Assembly: GCA_965205865.1 (NCBI GenBank)
Contig: CBDBHR010000030.1
Span: forward strand, 896,001-960,000
DNA length: 64,000 nucleotides
Direction: 5' to 3'
Origin: a bacterium
GTDB lineage: Bacteria; SAR324; NAC60-12
The translations under genes were made by a program, and so were the position numbers. The notes beneath the pieces were generated by a model. That model ran no database searches. It saw only the letters and a program-made list of their open reading frames with translations, and was not told the DNA's origin. Shown here piece by piece: positions 58,421 to 64,000 of the stretch (positions are counted from its first letter, which is position 1; every line of letters begins with the position of its first letter).

Positions 58421-59341
58421 TCAGAAGCGGACGATCGCTCTGTTTTGATAACGGAGATCAATAGAGCTCAGCGGTTTTCCGGATTGTTGGAGTTGGGAAT
58501 ATATTTTTTCAAAAGTCCTTATTTTTTCCAGATAATTCTTATGGCCCAATTGAACGAGCAGGGGAGGATCTCGTAGTTTTAGTTTCAAATTGAGTGGGTC
58601 GGCGACATCCAGTTCGGCAAATTGATCCCAGGGAAGTGCTGATTCCCGCATCAAATTGAGCAGTTCCCTTCCTTGTTCGAGACCGGCAGAGACGATTGGT
58701 TGTCCCGGATGGATCGCATCTTTTTTGATTCCGGTGAGGGCGAAAGACGGTTGAGGCAGGGAGGTGGATACAGTTTGTATGGGATGCAATTGTTCGTCGA
58801 TGAGATAGTAGGCGTCCTCAGCTTTTAAATAGGCATAAGGGCGGCGTTCTTTTATAAAAATGAAAATGGTATCAGGGAACAATTTGCGAACCAGAGCCTG
58901 TTTTATCAAGGGGTGTTGATTGAGTTGGCTGAGCATTTGATAAGCATCGATTTGATGGAATTCGAGGTGGGAGTCGATGCCTGCGATTTGATAAACATTG
59001 GCAGGCGTGAGGGTTGTGTGGCCTTGCAAATGGATTTGAATTGATGACTGCCGCAAAAATGGCGGGTACAGCCAGATTATTCCACTCAGCATCCAAAGCA
59101 AGAAAACAAAAGTGGCAAATCCAATGATTTTTTTGTGCCAGGATCGTATCAGGTTAATTGGCAGGGTATACAAGTGTCCCGGAATGATGATTTTTTGCAA
59201 AAGCAGGGGCCGCGTCCTGTAGTGTCGGGACTTTTCTTTGGGAGTGATTCCCAGCTTCTTTCCGTAGCGGATATTATATTTCAGGTGACGAGGTCGAATT
59301 GTGGCGCGGCGTTTCCTGACGTGGTCCTTGAGATCTTCCAT
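58421..59341 (-). CDS. ftsQ: Cell division protein FtsQ/DivIB
   Basis: One TM segment, POTRA domain (HPLIKQA.VRK.FPDTI.I.IKER), IDLRY; follows murB. Confidence 0.85.
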   Translation of the reverse strand: MEDLKDHVRKRRATIRPRHLKYNIRYGKKLGITPKEKSRHYRTRPLLLQKIIIPGHLYTLPINLIRSWHKKIIGFATFVFLLWMLSGIIWLYPPFLRQSSIQIHLQGHTTLTPANVYQIAGIDSHLEFHQIDAYQMLSQLNQHPLIKQALVRKLFPDTIFIFIKERRPYAYLKAEDAYYLIDEQLHPIQTVSTSLPQPSFALTGIKKDAIHPGQPIVSAGLEQGRELLNLMRESALPWDQFAELDVADPLNLKLKLRDPPLLVQLGHKNYLEKIRTFEKIYSQLQQSGKPLSSIDLRYQNRAIVRF

Positions 59342-59347
59342 AAATCT

Positions 59348-60298
59348 CTACCGGCTTCGGGTGACGATTTGCACTTCCGGCTCCAGTTCGATCTGGTATG
59401 CCTTCCAGACCTTTTCCCGGGCTAAACGCATCAAGGCTAATACGTCCTTTGTTTTGGCATTGCCGAGATTGACGATGAAATTGCTATGCAGTTCGCTGAT
59501 TTGCGCATCCCCCCTGCAATGTCCCTTCAGTCCTACGGATTCAATCAATTCGGCAGCATAGGCTTCCGTAGGGTTCTTAAAAACAGAACCACAGTTAGGA
59601 ATCCGTCTCGGTTGTTTTTCTTCACGAAAAGTTTGATACTCCTCGATTCTTCGACTGACCGTTTCAGAATCAGAAGCATCCATTTGAAAGAGAGCAGAAG
59701 TAATAACGGCGCCCAATTTCCCATTCAAGGGAGAATATCGATAGTCAAAATCAATCAAAGCCCCTTCTGTTTGATGCGAACGGCCTTCCATGTCGATCCA
59801 CCAGACTTTTTTCAGGTGATCGCGAATTTCTTTGCCATGGGCCCCTGCGTTCATGGCAATTGCGCCTCCGATACATCCGGGGACTCCAATCAAAAATTCG
59901 AGACCACTCCATCCCGGAGCAATGCAGCGTTGAGCCAATGTCACATCAGCCAGGGCGGCACCCGCATAAATTTCCCGTTGCTGCGGAAACGTCTCCCAAT
60001 GTTTGAAAGAGGCGGACAGGCGCAGAACAATCCCAGGCCATCTTTCATCCGGAAGGATCAAATTAGAACCTTTGCCCAGGATAAACCAAGGAATCTCATT
60101 CTGCTGCGCAAAAGGCAACAGTCGAGACAAATCCTGCTGATTCGCCACGTCAATGAAACAGGCCGCGTCTCCCCCCACTCGCAAAGTATTGAAGCGTTTT
60201 AAAGAGTGAGACCAGTGTAATTTGGACTGCAAGGGCAAATCGAGCAGTTTTGATTTCCATCTTTCCGCCACCTTCTGCTGAATTCTTTCTTCATGCAT
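59348..60298 (-). CDS. murB: UDP-N-acetylenolpyruvoylglucosamine reductase
   Basis: TLRVGG, GKGSN, GLEF..G.PG..GGAI.MNAGA, CGSVFKNP, LEPEV. Confidence 0.95.
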   Translation of the reverse strand: MHEERIQQKVAERWKSKLLDLPLQSKLHWSHSLKRFNTLRVGGDAACFIDVANQQDLSRLLPFAQQNEIPWFILGKGSNLILPDERWPGIVLRLSASFKHWETFPQQREIYAGAALADVTLAQRCIAPGWSGLEFLIGVPGCIGGAIAMNAGAHGKEIRDHLKKVWWIDMEGRSHQTEGALIDFDYRYSPLNGKLGAVITSALFQMDASDSETVSRRIEEYQTFREEKQPRRIPNCGSVFKNPTEAYAAELIESVGLKGHCRGDAQISELHSNFIVNLGNAKTKDVLALMRLAREKVWKAYQIELEPEVQIVTRSR

Positions 60299-60313
60299 AC
60301 GCGCCCCATGGGT

Positions 60314-60652
60314 TCAAAAGGTCTCGAGAGGAACGTTTTTGAGCAATTCTTCCAAATTGTAGTAGGCTCGAGTTGCCGGGTGAAAAATATGGACAACGAC
60401 GTCCTCATAGTCCATTAAAATCCAGCTCCCTTCCGCGTATCCTTCAATACAGAGTGGCTTGATGCTGATTTTGCTCAATTCTTCTTTAATACGATCGGCG
60501 ATCCCTTTGACATGTCCCTGAGAGCGTCCCTGACAAATGAGAACATAATCCGTGATGGAAGATTGTCCTTTGACGTTCAACAAAACGATTTTTTCCGCTT
60601 TGACCCCTTGAGCAGCCTTCACGAGTGCTTTTGCTCGTTCTTCTCCGGTCAA
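60314..60652 (-). CDS. rsfS: Ribosome silencing factor
   Basis: WILMDYEDVVVHIF...RAYYNLEEL. Confidence 0.92.
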   Translation of the reverse strand: MTGEERAKALVKAAQGVKAEKIVLLNVKGQSSITDYVLICQGRSQGHVKGIADRIKEELSKISIKPLCIEGYAEGSWILMDYEDVVVHIFHPATRAYYNLEELLKNVPLETF

Positions 60653-60695
60653 TCATGCCTCCAATGAGTGTTTTCTTGAAAACTAGTATAATTTT

Positions 60696-61631
60696 TCATA
60701 ATACTGCCATTTGTCCCTGCCAGACGTCATGGGTCAGCATGTAATCTTCAATGAATTGGGTGGGGCGCATTTTTTCTTTGGTCCATGCGGGCGCGATCAA
60801 TTCGTCCCATCTCGAGGCAACCGCAACCAAGCGATGGACTGCAATTCGAGGTGATAAGTGTTTCAAAAACACAGACACTTTACGACTGTAATCGTCCAGC
60901 CCCACCGGGTGGAATAAACCTTGGTCGTACAAATCAGCCAAAGGCGTATTTTTCAAAACGTGAAGGTTGTGCAATTTTACGCCGTGAATGCCCAAGTCTG
61001 AAAGCACGCCAGCGGTTTCACCGAGTTGTTGGTCCGTTTCACCAGGGAGTCCGAACATCAGATGGCAACAAATATCGACTTTTGGCAATGATTTTAATTT
61101 TTGAATGGCTTGGATAGAGCATTTACTGTCGTGTCCTCTTGATAAAAAGAGTAACTGTTGATCATCCAGAGTCTGCACGCCTAACTCCACCGAGACAAAA
61201 TGGCTTTCGGAAATATCATCGAGAATTCGTAAAATTCCAGGTGGCAGACAATCGGGACGAGTGCCGACCACAATCCCGATAACGTCGTTCTCCCGCAAAA
61301 CGGAGCGGAACATGGCGGCCAACTCTTTGACCCTCCCGAAGGTATTGGTGTACGATTGAAAATAGACGAGGAATTTTTTTGCCTTGTACCGCTCACGAAT
61401 CGCGTTCTGATGCAAAGCGATTTGTTCTTTCAAGGATTTACCGGCATCGGCATGATAGGCTGCCGCCCCCCATTCATCGCAGAACGTACAAATTTTCATC
61501 CCCTTGATTCCCTGACGGTTGGGGCAGGTTCGCGCTATTGAAACACTGATCTTGTAAACGCGTTGATTGAATAAATGGCGGTAACGTTGGCTTAAAGGAT
61601 AGTATCGTTTATTGTGATCAAACGAAGGCAT
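60696..61631 (-). CDS. Radical SAM protein (YhcC/TIGR01212-like)
   Basis: TCPNR...CTFC, YFQSYTNT, GTRPDC, ELGVQT, RGH, VKLHNL. Confidence 0.88.
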   Translation of the reverse strand: MPSFDHNKRYYPLSQRYRHLFNQRVYKISVSIARTCPNRQGIKGMKICTFCDEWGAAAYHADAGKSLKEQIALHQNAIRERYKAKKFLVYFQSYTNTFGRVKELAAMFRSVLRENDVIGIVVGTRPDCLPPGILRILDDISESHFVSVELGVQTLDDQQLLFLSRGHDSKCSIQAIQKLKSLPKVDICCHLMFGLPGETDQQLGETAGVLSDLGIHGVKLHNLHVLKNTPLADLYDQGLFHPVGLDDYSRKVSVFLKHLSPRIAVHRLVAVASRWDELIAPAWTKEKMRPTQFIEDYMLTHDVWQGQMAVL

Positions 61632-61810
61632 CGGATACGCTTGTCTTTCTGGTTCATGACGATTATTTTATGGCAACTGCCGGAAATTTGCTTTCAGTGC
61701 CATGACATCCGCCCCTGGAGTGAAGCAAAAAAAAGAATAGCTCAAAGAGCAACCACTGGCAAGTTGGGATTCGCCAGGAAACAGCAAGACCACTATTTTC
61801 GAGAGGGGAC

Positions 61811-62527
61811 ATGTCCTACCAATTGCCTGAAGATTCTGAAAAAGCAAAATACGTTCAACAAAAATTCAGTGAAATTGCACCCAAATACGATCTTTTCAAT
61901 GATTTGATTACCTGCGGATTGCATCGTTATTGGAAACAATTCGTAGTTCGGCAAGTAGGGGTCATCGCGGGAGGAAGATACCTGGATTTATGCTGCGGTA
62001 CGGCCGACATTGCTCGTCGTCTTCAACATATGATCCCCCAGGGGTCGGTCTTTGCTTTGGATTTTTCCCGAGCCATGCTGGAAATTGCCCGGCAGTCTCG
62101 TTATGCCAGGGGAAGATCAATGATTTTTCTGCAAGCGGATGCCACCCGGATGCCATTCGTAAGCGGATCGATAGATGCAGTGACAATTGGTTATGGATTG
62201 CGCAATGTCAGTGATCTTTCGACTTGCCTTGCCCAAATTCTCAGGGTTCTCAAGCCGGGAGGGGCGTTGGTCAGTCTGGACGTGGGGAAAGTACGAGTGC
62301 CGGTACTTTTCGAGTTGAGCCAGTTTTATCTATTTCAAGTCATTCCCCGTTTGGGAAAGCTCTTGTATCGCCAGCAGGACATGTTTGATTATCTGCCACA
62401 TTCCACGAGCAATTACCCCAATCAGGAAACCCTCAAACAGCTCATGCTAGTCAGTGGGTTCAAACAAGTCGACGTTTTTGATTTTCTTTGGGGCGCTTCC
62501 ACGGTCCACGTGGCCTACAAACCCTGA
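61811..62527 (+). CDS. ubiE: Ubiquinone/menaquinone methyltransferase
   Basis: IAPKYD..ND..T.GLHR.WK, DLCCGTAD, YGLRNV, RVLKPGG. Confidence 0.9.
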   Translation: MSYQLPEDSEKAKYVQQKFSEIAPKYDLFNDLITCGLHRYWKQFVVRQVGVIAGGRYLDLCCGTADIARRLQHMIPQGSVFALDFSRAMLEIARQSRYARGRSMIFLQADATRMPFVSGSIDAVTIGYGLRNVSDLSTCLAQILRVLKPGGALVSLDVGKVRVPVLFELSQFYLFQVIPRLGKLLYRQQDMFDYLPHSTSNYPNQETLKQLMLVSGFKQVDVFDFLWGASTVHVAYKP

Positions 62528-62582
62528 TTGGTATATCAAAAATTGCTCAATTATGGATTTCCGGGGCTTTTACAATACCGGA

Positions 62583-64000
62583 TCAGCTCATCCAGTCGGG
62601 ATTGTTGGGATTGACCCATTTGGTGGTCACCTTTTTGTTTTTGGTCCAAAAAATCATGCCATCTTCTCCAGTGATATCACCCGTACCAAATTTTGAATCA
62701 TTCCATCCCCCAAAGGAAAAAGGTTCACGAGGAACCGGCACTCCGATATTCACTCCAATCATTCCCGAACTGGCATGTTGGGCCAGGTATTCCGCAGGCG
62801 CGCCGGAACAGGTAAAGATGGATGCCGCATTGCCATAGGGACTTTTGTTTTCGATTTCAACCGCCTCTTGTAAGGTATCTACATGGACAATGGAGAGCAC
62901 AGGACCGAATATTTCATCGTGAGCGGCCGGCATTTCCGTGGTTACATTGTCGATGATGGTGGGGCCGACCCAATAGCCATCTTCGCTGCCTTCGATATAA
63001 TTTTCCGGCTTGGCCCGGCGTCCATCCACTGAGATCGTAGCCCCCATTTCTTCCGCCTGACTGATATAAGAATTGATGCGCTCAACACCAGCTTTGTTGA
63101 TGATGGCTCCTTGCTCATGTCCGACCTTGACCGATTCGGCATACTCAACCATTTTGTTGATAATGCTATCACAATTCCCCACGGCGACCATCAGACTGGC
63201 AGCCATGCAACGTTGACCTGCGCAACCGATTGCAGAATTGACGATTTGTGAGGGCGCGTAGTTCAAATTGGCATCCGGCATACAAATCAAATGATTTTTA
63301 GCGCCACCCAGGGCCAGCACCGCTTTGCCCGCCGCAGTCCCTCGTTGATAGACAATTCTTGCCACTTTGGAGGAACCAACGAAACTGATCGCTTCGATAT
63401 CAGCATGATCGCAGATCCCCTCAACCACATCCGCCGATCCACAGACAACATTGAAAACCCCATCGGGTAACCCGGCTTCCCGGAACAATTCACCCATCCG
63501 TAAAGCCGAAAGCGGCACTTGCTCGGAAGGCTTCAGAATCATCGTATTGCCCACCGTCAAAGCAATAGGCACCGTCCACATCGGTACCATAAATGGAAAA
63601 TTGAAAGGCGTGATTGAAGCGACCACTCCCAGAGCTTCACGAACCATGCGGCATGTCACGCCATTGCTCACTTCCTGGAAGTCCCCCGCAATTTTATTGG
63701 GAAGTGAAAGGCCGTATTCCAACACTTCCACTCCTTTCATAATTCCAGCTTCGGATTCGCTCAACAGTTTGCCATTTTCCGTTGAAACCAAATGGCTCAA
63801 CTCTTCTATGTTTTGCTCAATCAATTGTTTGAAACGAAACATGACCTGCACCCGTGCCTTGATATTGGTATCTCTCCAGCCAGGGAATGCCTTTTTCGCG
63901 ACTGCGACCGCCTGGTCCACATCACCCGGAGTGCCGATGGGATATTCGCCAATCACCTCTCCCGTGTAAGGAGTGTAGATCTTTCCATATTGATTGGCGC
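62583..64000 (-). CDS. mmsA: CoA-acylating methylmalonate-semialdehyde dehydrogenase (5' end outside window)
   Basis: TPFNFP, LKPSE, SFVGSS, GAKNH, AGQRCMA, EIFGPV, GVPVPREPFSFGGW. Confidence 0.92.
   Translation of the reverse strand, partial: ANQYGKIYTPYTGEVIGEYPIGTPGDVDQAVAVAKKAFPGWRDTNIKARVQVMFRFKQLIEQNIEELSHLVSTENGKLLSESEAGIMKGVEVLEYGLSLPNKIAGDFQEVSNGVTCRMVREALGVVASITPFNFPFMVPMWTVPIALTVGNTMILKPSEQVPLSALRMGELFREAGLPDGVFNVVCGSADVVEGICDHADIEAISFVGSSKVARIVYQRGTAAGKAVLALGGAKNHLICMPDANLNYAPSQIVNSAIGCAGQRCMAASLMVAVGNCDSIINKMVEYAESVKVGHEQGAIINKAGVERINSYISQAEEMGATISVDGRRAKPENYIEGSEDGYWVGPTIIDNVTTEMPAAHDEIFGPVLSIVHVDTLQEAVEIENKSPYGNAASIFTCSGAPAEYLAQHASSGMIGVNIGVPVPREPFSFGGWNDSKFGTGDITGEDGMIFWTKNKKVTTKWVNPNNPDWMS

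Overview
Bacterial chromosomal window with two zones; the gene content looks deltaproteobacterial, possibly SAR324-like, but that is a low-confidence inference. The left ~45 kb is an eroded accessory region. It holds three paralogous Opp/Dpp-type ABC modules (family-5 solute-binding protein plus two permeases, no ATPase), a Liv-type ABC operon and an ECF sigma factor. It also holds a type I-C CRISPR-Cas locus with cas4 and cas1 collapsed into one 111-aa in-frame fusion, integron-cassette debris with about 8 attC-like sites but no integrase, an intact IS66 with an 8-bp target duplication, several IS/RAYT/MITE/REP remnants and several frameshifted genes. The right ~19 kb is housekeeping: mpg, cysM/MoaD-like, radC, rlmE, mpl, rlmD, mutS, hemJ, two tRNAs, ftsQ, murB, rsfS, a radical SAM gene, ubiE and mmsA. 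The most unusual object is a ~430-nt ORF-free, densely base-paired segment (17256-17688) upstream of cas3. It has a sigma70-like promoter, paired 5'/3' ends and a kissing-loop pseudoknot, and it contains a tRNA-like cloverleaf with an AGC anticodon loop on the opposite strand. Also notable are in-frame stacked leader modules in the solute-binding protein genes, near-identical flanks around strongly diverged binding domains, a sulfur carrier ending GG-F and a RadC with an EndoIII-like Cys cluster. All calls come from reading the sequence by eye; no database searches or folding programs were run.
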